Positions 14,776 through 27,581 of a stretch of 64,000 bases of DNA are shown here, one piece after another. The stretch lies in the NCBI RefSeq assembly GCF_009914755.1, contig NC_060926.1; one strand, given 5' to 3'. Each line of letters begins with the position of its first letter. Within the stretch, counting starts at the first letter, position 1. The position numbers and the translations under genes are program-made. Source of the stretch: the human T2T-CHM13v2.0 reference genome, Homo sapiens. Under the pieces are notes generated by a model. It was not told the DNA's origin. It searched no databases and saw only the letters and a list, made by a program, of their open reading frames with translations.

Positions 14776-15224
14776 TGTATTAGTTTCCCAGGAATGCTGA
14801 AGCAAAGTGCCACAAGCTGGGTGGCTTGAAATAATGGGAATTTTTTCTCTTACAACTCTGGAGGCTAGACGTTTGAAGTCAAAATTCTTAGTAGGGCCAA
14901 ACTTTCTCTGTAGGCTCCAGTGGAGAATCTATTCCATGCCTTTCTCTTAGATTCTGCTGTTTCTGGCAACCCTTGGCATTTCTTGGCTTGTAGATGTGTT
15001 GCTCCAATCTCTGCTTCTATTGGTTGGCACATGGTGTTCACCCCACATGTCTCTGTCTCTGCATCTCTTTTCCTCTTCTTATAATGACATGGGTCATACT
15101 GAGTTAAAGACCCACCCTACTCCAATAGAACCTTACATTTACAACACCCTATTTCCAAATAAGGTCACATTCCAAGGTTCCAAGAAGAACATTAATTTTG
15201 GGGAAAACTATTCAACTCAGTACA
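14776..15224 (-). mobile_element. MLT1 MaLR solo LTR
   Basis: 'tgtattagtttcccagg...acaagctgggtggctt...ccctatttccaaataaggtcacatt...ttcaactcagtaca'. Confidence 0.85.
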
Positions 15225-15791
15225 GGTATCCTTGGTTGGCTTAGTTTTATATTAGATTGACCTTTGGCCTTACCTAAATTATTAGGAATGCACCTACTTC
15301 GTATATCCCTCAGTTGCTTTCCCCATGAAACCATGGTCAAGAAACCAAATCCACAGATATTCACGCATGCATCCACTCTGTAAACATTTATTAGGCAGAT
15401 ACCACATGCCAGGGACTATGCTAATGAGGAAGTCAATGGAGGGGTTCACCTTCCAGGAGAGGAACAAACACATAAGCAAATAAATTTAAATAATGCTAAT
15501 AGGAGGGGCACAGAGGAGGAAGCCTGGCCAAAACAGAAATGACTGCGCTGAGTGAGGCTCTGAGGAGGAGATGGAATATAGAGGGGAATCAGGAAGGGAA
15601 GGGATTAGGGGCAGTAGGGCCAGGTCAGCACATGTAAAGGCACACAGACATGAAAAACATTGGAATTGGAGGACCTACACACATTCCTGTTGACTGAAGA
15701 GTCGACAGTGTCTGGGAGCAGCAAGAGAAGAGTTGGGAAAGATCATCGCAGACAAGAGGAGAGATGGGAGTAGGAACTTCAGCTTGTAGGT

Positions 15792-16507
15792 TGTATTAGT
15801 TTATTCTCACACTGATATAAAGAAATACCTGAAGGCCAGGCACAGTGGCTCACGCCTGTAATCCTAGCACTTTGGGAGGCCGAGGTGGGCAGAGTGCCTG
15901 AGCTTAGGAGTTCGAGACCAGCCTGGGCAACACGGTGAAACCTCATCTCAACTAAAATACAAAAAATTAGCCAGGTGTGGCAGCATGCACCTGTAGTCCC
16001 AGGGAGGCTGAGGCAGGAGAATTGCTTGAACACAGGAGGTGGAGGTTGCAGTGAGCTGAGATTGCACCACAGCACTCCAGTCTCGGTGACACAGTGAGAC
16101 TCCGTCTCCAAAAAAAGAGAAATACCTGTGACTGGGTTATTTATAAAGAAAAGAGTTTTAATTGGCTCACAGTTCTTCAGGCTATACAGGAAGCATGATA
16201 CTGGCTTCTGCTAGCTTCTGGGGAGGCCTCAGGAAACTTATCATGGTGGAAGATGCAGGGGAAGCCTTCTTACATGGCTGGAGCAGGAGCAAGAGAGAGA
16301 CGGGAGGTGCTGCACACTTTTAAACAACTAGATCTCACAAGAACTCACTCTCCATCCTGAGAAGAGCACACCAAAGGGCTGGGGCTAGACCATTCATGAA
16401 GGATTCACCCCCATGATCCAATCACCTCCCAATAGTCCCCACCTCCAACATTGAGGAATACAAATAAACATGAGATTTAGGTGGGGACACAGAGCCAAAC
16501 CATATTC
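15792..16507 (-). mobile_element. MST (MSTA/B) solo LTR with TSD TAGGT, inserted in L2 and interrupted by an Alu
   Basis: Ends 'tgtattagt' and 'ccaaaccatattc'; TAGGT at 15787-15791 and 16508-16512. Confidence 0.9.
15834..16117 (+). mobile_element. Alu (AluS) nested in the MST LTR
   Basis: TSD AGAAATACCTG at 15821-15831 and 16118-16128. Confidence 0.95.
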
Positions 16508-16960
16508 TAGGTGATGAGGAGGACTTTAAGCAACAGGTTAAATCAAAACATCAGTCTTTAAAAATGTACATGGAGATCAGTGAGGAGGATGCACTGAAGA
16601 AAAGGATGGATTGAAGAGGAAGGGACTTGAGGCTGGGATGCTGGAGTGGATGTTTGGCTTCCACGGTTGGGAGACAGGAGGAAAACAGGAGGTTAAAAAT
16701 ACAGATTTGAGAGTCATGAGTGTTTTGGACATAGGGATGTGCCCAGGGTGTACAGAATTTTCAAAAGAAATACAATGGAAGCTCGGAGATCTGAACATGT
16801 GCAGCCCACAGGAGAAGGAGCAGTGGGAGACCAGGAAGAGAGATGAGAATGGAGTAGGAGGACAGGAGACAGGAACATGGCAGCAGGCTGCTTCTTGGAC
16901 CAAAAACCATGGGGAGGTGGAGTACACGGAATATTCTGGGCTAGAAACACAAGCCACAGA

Positions 16961-17007
16961 CCACACATACACACACACAGACACACAGACACACACACAC
17001 ACACACA
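16961..17007. repeat. Imperfect (CA)n microsatellite
   Basis: Read directly from the sequence. Confidence 0.9.
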
Positions 17008-17312
17008 GTGTTTCTATAGCCATGATTTCACATTAGAGAATTTAACTTTCTAAATTTATAAAGTTAGTGTTTTGGTGATGATTCTTAAAGATATATCCAC
17101 TCAAATGTCAAGAGCAGTTAAAAGCACTCAAAAATCCTTTGGAAATATTTTTTCTGAAGGAAATTTATTACAGCAAAAGCATTCCATAGACAAAGAGGAT
17201 AATAGAGTTTTTCTGTACTTCTCCAAACCTACTCTGCCATAAAGGTGTTTCCTAGGATGAATTTGTTCAATGGTTGGGATGGAACTCCAGTGACACTTAT
17301 AAAAATAACATC

Positions 17313-17315
<3 letters not shown>

Positions 17316-17389
<74 letters not shown>

Positions 17390-17570
17390 TTAATCAGCAA
17401 TTTAAGCAGTTTCCTTCCTTCCTTCCTTCTCTCTCTCTCTTTCTTTCTTTCCTTCCTTCTTTTTCCTGCATCCTTCATTCCCTTCCCTTCCCTTCCTTTC
17501 CCTTCCCTTCCCTTGCCTTCTTTCCTTCTCTCCTTCTTTCCTTCCTCTTCTTCTTCTTTCCTTCCTTCCT
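17316..17570. repeat. Compound (CA)n(GA)n microsatellite followed by a (TTCC)n/(CT)n polypyrimidine tract
   Basis: CA to about 17356, GA to about 17386, pyrimidine tract about 17410-17570. Confidence 0.95.
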
Positions 17571-18288
17571 TACCGACAGAAAACTTACAGAGCACCTATA
17601 GGCAATTTTCTAGGTTCACACATTTGGGCATCAGGAAATGGTGATAATCATTAGCAAGTAGGGTCTATCTAATCCAGCTATATATAGATAACACCACTAA
17701 GGAATTAAAAAGAAAATTCTGGACATCTTTATGAAAGTAAGAAAATGCTTTTTTAAGAATAATGGAAGCCACGCTGATGAGACAGCCACCTAGAATTCAT
17801 CACGCCTATACATACGCAAGGGTGCATCAAGGACCTGTAGCCCGCGTACGTGTCTTTCTGCAGCTCCACCATCCTGAGGAAGTGGTGGTCTTCCTGGGCC
17901 AGTGTGGTTGAGAGCACAGTTCAGTTGACCTGTGTTCCTCAGCTCTAGGCTCTGCAATTCTCTCCTGTGCGGTCCATCCTGCTTTGGTCCATTCTATCAG
18001 TGCAAGGAGGTCTGATTTCTTTTGGCTAAGTCTTGGTTTCTTTCTACACACTTGTCCAGAGCTCAAGCTTTGAGGTCTGACTCTTCATCAGTTCGTATAT
18101 ATGAAAGAGTCACAAATTCCAGTTTGTCTTAGTGGACCAAACCACAGGGCAGATAATCTTGTGCTTCTAACTGGAAGCCCTGTATCTGCAGCATCTCACA
18201 CCCTCGTCTCCCTGGGGGGAAGGAGGAGCCTTTCTGTGGAAGGTTTCCATTGCCTTCTGCCAGGTGTCTAATGAAAATGACGATAGCT

Positions 18289-18664
<376 letters not shown>

Positions 18665-18970
18665 CTATCTGTCCAGCCAGCCCTGTCCTCCAAGGCTAAC
18701 AGATAATTACTGCTTAATTATGTCTTAGTCGAAGCTGCACAGTTACTTTATAAAATGCAGTGTTTCTAGTTGCCATGGCTTAAAGATGACAGGTAGGTTT
18801 ATCTTTAGATAGTCTATGAATTTGTACTGATTTTATGCAACAGGTTTCCAAAGTCAGTTCTTGTTATTTTATTCTGCATGTAAGCCTTTCCTGCAGAATC
18901 TTTCCTGCCTGTGTCTACCTGGATCCATGTCCCTGCTTACCACTTCAAACTGGTTTCTTCACTCTGAAGC

Positions 18971-19113
18971 AGGTTCCCCTTCCCCTTCAGGATATCTGGA
19001 CCAAGTTTGAAGATGGGCATGAGTTAGGTTCACCCTGGAGCAGGTTCACCCTGGAGTAGGTTCCCCTTCCTCTTTGGAATATCTGGACCAAGTTTTCAGA
19101 TGGGCATGAGTTA
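18971..19113. repeat. Local direct duplication: two 56-bp copies separated by two copies of AGGTTCACCCTGGAG
   Basis: 18971-19026 resembles 19058-19113; 15-mer at 19026-19040 and 19042-19056. Confidence 0.9.
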
Positions 19114-20050
19114 AGTTGCTGTTCCTTTAAGGATGACGTTTCTTAGCAACAATGGATTGCCTGCTTTGTTTTCTGTGGATCGATTGTCTCTGTCTGCGGC
19201 TCTCAGCTCCATTTTTTTCAAACTGATCATTGGGCATAAATATTGCTGATGAGCTGAAACTAACATGCTCCCCCCTCCAAAATAAACTAAAAAAACTAAC
19301 CAAAGGAACACATTGAGGGACTATTCTAGTTGTCCTATTCCAGTTGAATATTCATAGTATTCATCAGTACTATTTAATGTTTTATATAAACTCCAAATGT
19401 GCTTGTTATTTCAGTGTTCGGAAAATTTATAGCCAGTAAAATTACATATATACATATACATGATTTGCTTTTATTTATTTGGTTATGAATGCAAGTAAAA
19501 TATTATTTTCTTTATGTGCTCATTGAGTGCTTGTGTTTCTTGTATGAGTTGGCTAGTCAGGATCTCTGTCCATTTTTCTCCTGCGGCCTTTGTTAGCAGA
19601 ATTAAATTTTTTTCTCGACCACTCCTCACCAGCCAAGTAAGCATGAGTTCCATCCACCCAGAGCCTCAGACTATGCATCACTAAAGCGAGAAATGTAGAC
19701 CTGAGAATCCCCAGGTCCTTAGAGGCCTGTGGAGGTCCTCTGATTCTAGAATTTACTTCCTTTCGCCCCAGAAGTAAGTGTTAGGAAGGAAAACTTCAGA
19801 GCAGTGTGAAAGAAGGAAATGGGGGACCCTACTTATTTGGGGGCCATGGAAGTCAGCAGCTCTGAGAGGGGAGCTGAGCATGAGGAGCAAGGGGAGCAAG
19901 GGGAGACATGAGCATGAGTAGAAGTGGCCAATTGCAGCACAGAATAAGGGCAGGATGAGGGTTGGCAGGGACCTTCAGGGGAACTGGTGCCAGGCACCGA
20001 AGGTATGAGAGCCTCTGACCAGCTGGGAAACAGGTAAGAACAAATGGGAA

Positions 20051-20460
20051 TGTGGTGTTCTTCCCAGTATCTGCTCCCTTTACCATGTAGCTTCTCAGTG
20101 CTCACCCACAATGGGCAGGGAAACTTCCCCACATCTTTATGATGGGCTGAACCCTGTGATTTGCTTTGGCCAAGGGGGTTGTTAGCCCACTTGATGCAGC
20201 AGGCACGAGTGTGCATATGTGTTTCTGCTTGTACCTGTGTACTTCTGCCACTTCCCAAGGATATGTATGACCAGCTGGCCTACCAGTGTTAGGAGGAGGA
20301 CAGACCCACAGTGCAGAGCCACCCCACTGAAGCTGAGTCCAGGCTAGCTGACCCCAGCCAACCCACAGACCCAGGAGCTACCTAAACACCTACAGCTGCA
20401 TGTCGTGGTGGGTTGGTATTCTGAATGAAGGCTGTAGATATCTCATACACAGCAAACTGG
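20051..20460 (+). mobile_element. Old MLT1 (H/I/J-type) LTR
   Basis: 'tgtgatttgctttggccaa...gaccccagccaacccacagac'. Confidence 0.6.
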
Positions 20461-21760
20461 GCTGGAGTGGGGCCAATGTTGTCCTCCAAGGCACTTCAAG
20501 TCCTATTGCACGAATTGTATCAGTTTCTAGAAATTTCCAACACTGGCAGAAACCAAGATACTGGCTTGGGGTAAAAGAAAGAAAGCCCAGTAGGACCCAA
20601 GGAAGAGGAAACTGGTAAGCTATGGAAAGGCCATCAAGATCTATCCACGTGGAATAGGAATCAGTGAATTCATCTCAACAAAGAAACCAGGGAGTAAACC
20701 AGGAGTCTGTGACATCCACATGCAGGAAGCCTGTGACATCACCTGAAATAGCAAGGTGGGCACTGAAGGAAGACCAATACTTCAAGGCCTGTATGTGCCC
20801 TGGGGGATGCCTGGCACCCTGGAGGGAATCTCATTCATTGGAACAACACTGATTCTGATCATACCGCCCTTTGGAACAGGTATACACTGCATACTGCAAA
20901 GGATGTGAGCCTTGGCACCCGAGAAGTGACAAGGGCTAGAGCAGACTGAGATTGGTCATGTAGTATGTGTGTGCAGCCTAACAGGTCTCAACTCTCAGTC
21001 CTTCCACTCATCCTGGCAATAGGCACAAACATCAACACTGTATAGATCAGGACACAGGTTCATGTAGATCTGGTGATTTACTCTGGGTGATGCAAACAGA
21101 AACAGGCAGGACCAAGGTCCAAACCCATCCTGAACCTGAATTTTGCCCTCTTTAAAGAAGAGCCCGACATACATTATAACTACCTAAACCCTATCTTCCT
21201 GGCCATTATGGGCCTTGATTTTAGCCACTAAGAACATCCAGTTAATTGCTTCTATTTTTATTCTATGCTCACAAAGTAATCTTGCATTTATATATTGTTT
21301 TCTTATATAGACTTGTTAATGGGATGACCATAAATGTATTCAACTTTATGAAATTCATTCCTTGGTTCTCATTGTAAATTTGTAGGTTGGCATTCTCAAG
21401 CAATTTCCAGGATTTGCTGAATTTAGCTAGAAGGAGACTGGGCAGCTCTGGGTGTGCTGACCAATCAAAATTCTGGACATGGGGGAGACCCCAAATAATG
21501 GGAAACCACCCAAGTACTGCTGTTCAGCAAGACTTTGAGGTGAACTTCCTGGACAACATTTCCGAGACTTCAGGTCCTCCAACTGCAGGATGCAATGGTA
21601 AGACTGGACTGAAGGTCTTGCTTTTAGAGGGTGTGTTCTTAAATTTCACTTTGTCTTCTCAGGTTAATAGTACCATGCTTTTGTAATCTATTAATACTTT
21701 CTGCTGTCATTAGCTACCAATGCTAAGGGTAAAAATCAAACTATGGGATACTGATAGAAT

Positions 21761-21762
21761 AT

Positions 21763-21801
<39 letters not shown>

Positions 21802-22086
21802 TTTGAGACAGGGTCTTTCTCTGTCACCCAGGCTGGAATACAGTGGTGCAATCACAGCTCCCTGCAGCTTTGAACTCCTGGGTTCAAGCAATCCTCTTGC
21901 CTCAGTCGCCCAGGTTACTGGAGCTACAGGTGCACACCACGATGCCTGGCTAATTCTTTTATCTTTTGTAGAAACAGGGTCTTCTTTTGTGGGCCAGGCT
22001 AGTCTCAAACTCCTGACCTCAAGTGATCCTCCCGCCTCAGCCCCTCAAAGTGCTAGGATTACAGGTGTGAGCCATTGAGCCCTGTC
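21761..22086 (-). mobile_element. Alu (AluJ-like) with (ATTT)n tail
   Basis: 'gagacagggtct...atcacagctccctgcagc' J-type diagnostics. Confidence 0.9.
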
Positions 22087-22624
22087 TAGAATTTTAAAAA
22101 AGCAATTCGTAGTATCGCAGTTACAAATCTCAAGACTGAAACTCCTAGATCCGTGTGTGTGGCAGCCTGGTGCCGTCTGTGTGGCAGCTTGGTGCTGTCT
22201 GTGCAGTTGAAATAGCCTTGACAGCCTTGAGCCCGTGCTTGGTGGAACTCCTGCTGATGCAGTGTGAAGACACACTTCTTGTGTCTGGAACACACGTCTC
22301 AAGTGTAAATCCTCTGTTCCAAACAAGTTTGAATACGTTTTGTTTTATTTTGTTGGCTACTAATTCAAACACTTGTCCTGTGTTAATAGCCAGTGATTAA
22401 TTTCGGGTTCTTTTTCATGTGGGAATTACTCAAAGCTCCTCTCAAAACTATGCTGCATTCATCAGCGTGACTCATCTTTTTCCATTTCCAGAGCAAACAG
22501 CAGGGACTATCCAGTCTGTACTTCAGGAAATGAGCGAGAGTGAAGTAAGCTGGCAAACGACTGCTATTTCTCTTCTTTTGAGTTTGAAATGAAAGGTTTT
22601 TTTTCCAGTATAAGATTATTCTTA

Positions 22625-22943
<319 letters not shown>

Positions 22944-22949
22944 CTACTT

Positions 22950-25090
22950 TTTTATTTAAAAAATGTTTTACTTATTATAGTAACATAAAGAAACAAACAT
23001 ACATAAGAAGCATATAGTGGGATTGATTTTCCCAATGTGAACCCACTGGTGTAATCAGCACTCAGAGAGAGAATCAAAATATTAGCAGCACCCTAGAAGC
23101 CCCTGTAGGCCCCAATTTCTAAATTCATAGATGAGTTTGTCCATCCCTGAAGTTTTATATCAATGGATCACATGCTATATACTCTTTGGTCTGGGTGTTT
23201 TTTTTTTTTTTTTTAATTGCTGTTAGGTTTGTGCATTGTATCCATATTGTTGTTCAGCAATTGCTTGTTTCTTTTCATTGCTGTATAGTATTCATAACAA
23301 TCCACAGTTTATTTACTGGATACTGTTAATTCTGTCCTTCATGATTAATGATGTGAACCCCCACTTTCAAGTACTTATCAGCCAATTATTCAATAACTTT
23401 TGTTCATTTTTCTACTAGATTTTTTCCTTCGGCTTAATTTTTTAATTTCTGTCTTTTATATTTTTTTAATTTTTAATTTTGAAAAAATGTTAATCTACAA
23501 AAAAGTTGCTAGAATTTCCTACTGAATACTCATAGATCTTTTCATCTAGATTCATCAGTTGTTAACCATTAATCATGTTTGTTGTATTTTTCTCTCCATC
23601 TCTCTATATATTAACTTTTTTGTGAATCATTGAGAATGAATCATGTTGATATCATGTTCCCCAGTCAATATTCACCGAAATTCTTATCTGGAGTAATTAT
23701 TACTATGGTGGTTGCAAAATCAACTCTATTTTGCCTTCTACATTTATGAGTTGCCATTCTACTGTAAAATGTTTGCCACATTTGTTGTATTTTTCTGTCT
23801 ACCTACCTATGTACTGATCAGCTTTTTTCTGAATCACTGAGAGTAAGCTGTAGACACCATGACCCTTTGTTGCTGAATACTTAAGTATATCTTGAATACA
23901 AAGACATTTTCTTTCAAAATTACTATATCAAATCCAAGAAATTTAACATTTTTATATTAATATTATATCACATATTATCATAAAAATTTGGCAATTATCT
24001 CAATAATGTCTCTGGAATAGCATTTTCTCCTAATGTGGTATCACATGCTGCATTTTCTCCTAATGTGGCATCACATGTTGCATTTTCTCGTAATGTGCTA
24101 TCACATGCTGCATTTAGTTTTCACATCTGTTTAGTCTTCTCTAATCTGAAATAGGTTCTTAGCCTTTTTTGTTTTTTTATGATATTGACATTTTTTAAGA
24201 ATATAGCATATTCATGTTGTAGAAAGTGCTCTAATTTGGCTATTTCTGGTTTCTTCTCTGAGACTAAATTAAAGGTACTTATTTTCTCAGAGTATTTCAT
24301 AATTGAGGCTGTGTCCACGTCTCAATGCATCACTTCAGAAAGCTTGTGACATCATTCTGATCATTCAGACAGAGAGGTGTCAACTAGATTTCTCCATTAA
24401 AAAGATTCATTTTCTTTCCATGTAATTAATACATAATTGATTGGGAGATTAACACCATGTTGATATCATATTTCCCAGTAAAGATTCACCCAAATTCTTG
24501 CCTGAAGTAATTATTAATATAGTGGTTATAAAAATGGCAATTTTCAACTCATCATGCCTTTTATGTGTACTAGTTGTCATTCTACTATAAAAAATGTTTT
24601 ACTTTTATTTATTCATTAATTTATATGTTTAGTACAGTATGGACTCCTGTTTTCACTTTATATTCATTATGTTTTTATTCACTTTTGTTTCTATTCTTTT
24701 GAGAAACAGAACTGTCCTAAACTTCACCAATGGAAGGTCCTTGATGCCAGTTTGCACATGTCATGTTGGAGGGGGGTGGTCTTTTAACACTTCCTTGATT
24801 TATGGACAAGATATCCCAGGCTTATTCATAGTCTTCTGATGTTAATAATTTCTTGATCAAGTTCAATTTATTAATATATGGCTACCACTCTTTGTACTCT
24901 GGCTAGGAAATCCTTGCTTAATACAAGTTCACCTTATTTATGGCTACTATGCTTGGTATCTTGACTTGAAAATCCTTGCTTACTTAACACAAGTTCAGGA
25001 AATTATTTTCCTGTGATTTTTTTTTCCTACAGGCTTTCATGCTTAGATCTACAATCCTGCTTGAATTTAATTTTGCTTATGGATTGTATA
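22950..25090 (-). mobile_element. Old L1M (L1MC4-like and L1ME-like) 3' fragments
   Basis: L1MC-type 3'UTR motifs: 'aaaagttgc', 'agattcatcagttgttaac', 'ttagtcttctctaatctgaaa'. Confidence 0.7.
24020..24115. repeat. 30-bp tandem repeat, about 3.2 copies
   Basis: Unit GCATTTTCTCCTAATGTGGTATCACATGCT at 24020, 24050 and 24080. Confidence 0.95.
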
Positions 25091-25199
25091 TAAAGTTCTG
25101 GTTCTTCTGTATAAGGAAGAAAGGAGCACTATTAATTATGGAGCAGTCAGCAGGTATAAACTAGACCCATATGGGAAAATTTGGACAATGACCACGCAC

Positions 25200-25650
25200 C
25201 ACTTTAAAGTCCTCTGCTATGCATTGGTTCCTGGCTACCTCAGTACCTCATTTCTTACAGGTCTCCCTGTCACACTGATGGCTTAGCTGTTCCTCAAACC
25301 TATCAAGACTTTATCCTAAGCCTGTGCTCTTTCTTCCAACAGAACTCTCCTCTCCCATACAGCCACTGGGCCTACTCTTCACGGAGGTCTCTGTCAGTCA
25401 CCTCCTGAGACATATTTCTGCAACCACCCAATCAAAAATAGCTCCAGCTTATGCCCTTGGTTACTGTCTACTGCCTTACCCTGTGTCCTTTTCTTCACAG
25501 CACTTACCACCACCTGATGGAGTGGAGGATTCTAAGTTCCAAGAGGGCAGAAGCAGATTTTCTTTCATTTACTGTTGTGGCCTCACACGTAGCTACAACT
25601 GTGCCTGCTGCACACCAGGATGCAATAAATGTTGGCCAGGTGTCTGAACG
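25200..25650 (+). mobile_element. L2 3' region
   Basis: 'ctaagttccaagagggcag...gcaataaatgttgg'. Confidence 0.65.
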
Positions 25651-25821
25651 GAGTGTTTGTCTCTTAACATGGACCTAGCCTTCCCCACCATATTCTTTTA
25701 AGAACTGTTTATTTGCTTCTTTGGTCTGCTTACTCTTCCAGACCAAAAAAAATAGAATATGATTTTAAGTTAGAAAACAAACAAGCAAGCAAAAAATCTC
25801 TATTTATTTGTTGAAATCATC

Positions 25822-26159
25822 TGTCTTAGTCCACTTTGTGCTGCTATAACAGAATACTTAAGATTGAGTAAGTTAGAAAGAAAACAAATTTACTTCTCAG
25901 GATTCTGGTGGCTGGGAAGTCCAAGATCATGGCATTGGCCTCTGGAGAGGACCTTGTTGCTGTGTCCTCACATGGCAGAGGCAGAAGTGCAAGAGAGCAA
26001 GGCAAACTAATGCTGCGTGAAGCTTCTTTTCTAAGGGCCTTAATCCGTTTCCTGAGGAAGGAGCCCTCATGGCCTAATCATCTCTTATAGACCCCACCTC
26101 TTAATACTATCATATTGTAAACACCTAAATTTTGAAGGGGATACGTTCAAATTGTAGTA
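25822..26159 (-). mobile_element. MST (MSTC/D) solo LTR
   Basis: 'tgtcttagtcc...tgctgctataacagaatac...gggaagtccaagatca...ccccacctcttaatactat'. Confidence 0.85.
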
Positions 26160-26697
26160 TTGTCTAAACTTAAAAAATAACTTGGGGAAAATTGACGTTT
26201 TTACCAATATCTGCCTTACCACTGAGAAATATGGAATGTTTATTCTTTCCTTCCTCTCAATGGTTCTTTTACAGCTCTCAATGCAGCTTTTAAATTCTAT
26301 CACATATGTTTGTTTTTGAGATTATTTTGAGGTATTTTATGGAATCTTTCATGTTATTACAGTGAATAGGATTCTTTTTCTATCATGCCTTCTCTAACTC
26401 AGGATTTAAAGTATATGGGAAAGGTCTTTTGGGTATTGGTTTTATCCATATACTTTGATGAATTCTCTTCTGACATGGTACATTGCAGGATGCTTTGCTA
26501 CTATGGACATATAATCATCCTAACAATGACTAATATAATGATAGCAATCATAATCATGAGATAACAGTTACAGCAATAACATGACCATGAGATAACCGAA
26601 CACTAAATTGCAGGTGTTCTCAACACCTATAATGCCCAGAACCTAGCAGGCCTACAACAAATATTTGTTGTTGTGAATGAATAAATTTGTAGCCATA

Positions 26698-26978
26698 CCT
26701 GGGTGCGGTGGCTCACGCCTGTAATCCCAGCACATTGGGAGGCCGAGGCAGGCGGATTACCTGAGGTCAGGAGTTCAAGACCAGCCTGGCCAACCTCATG
26801 AAACCCCGTCTCTACTAAAAATACACAATTAGCCGGGCATGGTGGTGCATTCCTGTAATCCTAGCTACTCAGGAGGCTGAGGCAGGAGAATTGCTTGTAA
26901 CCGGGAGGCAGAAGTCGCAGTAAGCCAAGATCTTGCCATTGCACTGCAGCCTGGGCAACAAGAGCAAAACTCTGTCCC

Positions 26979-27007
<29 letters not shown>
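26698..27007 (+). mobile_element. Alu (AluSq/Sp-like)
   Basis: TSD TTGTAGCCATAC on both sides; 'gggcaacaagagcaaaactc'. Confidence 0.95.
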
Positions 27008-27010
<3 letters not shown>

Positions 27011-27581
27011 TAGCCATACTCACAATTCTCATTTTCTCCTGATTTCACTGAGTGCACCTCAAGTGAATTCCTCCTGTGATAATGAGCATTGTTTGGAGAG
27101 AACGATTCTTAATCTTCTAGGCAAGAATCCTTCCAGTCCTACTTTTCAAAAAGTTGTATCTGGAAAGGGGACTAAAATGTATTGAAATTATTGTCAACAC
27201 CTTTTGAAATGGTTCTATATCTTTTTCTTTTTTCATATGTCAGTTTAATGCATTATTTAAATTTTATAACATCTTCCTAATCCTGGAATAAATCCTACAT
27301 ATCTGTGTATGTGTATGTTCAGATTTAGTATGGAGGTTTGTGGTAAAATTTTGATTAGGATCTTTATACATGAGACTGATTTACAATTGTCATATCTCTG
27401 CTGTGCTAATCCATGTTGAAATCAGCTTTAGGTTAGCATTTCAAAAACACATTGCCTGTGAAATTATGTAACTTACTTGAAAGGATAACTAAAGCCAGAG
27501 CCTTTAAAGAGTAATTATTTGAAAATCCCTGTGATACATTTTCATTAGTGGCCCTGTTGTTTAAAAGCTTTTCTTATTTAA

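Noticed and set aside
24020-24115. Palindromic 30-bp repeats resembling a CRISPR array
   Set aside because: Head-to-tail with no spacers, no cas genes, and embedded in a mammalian L1
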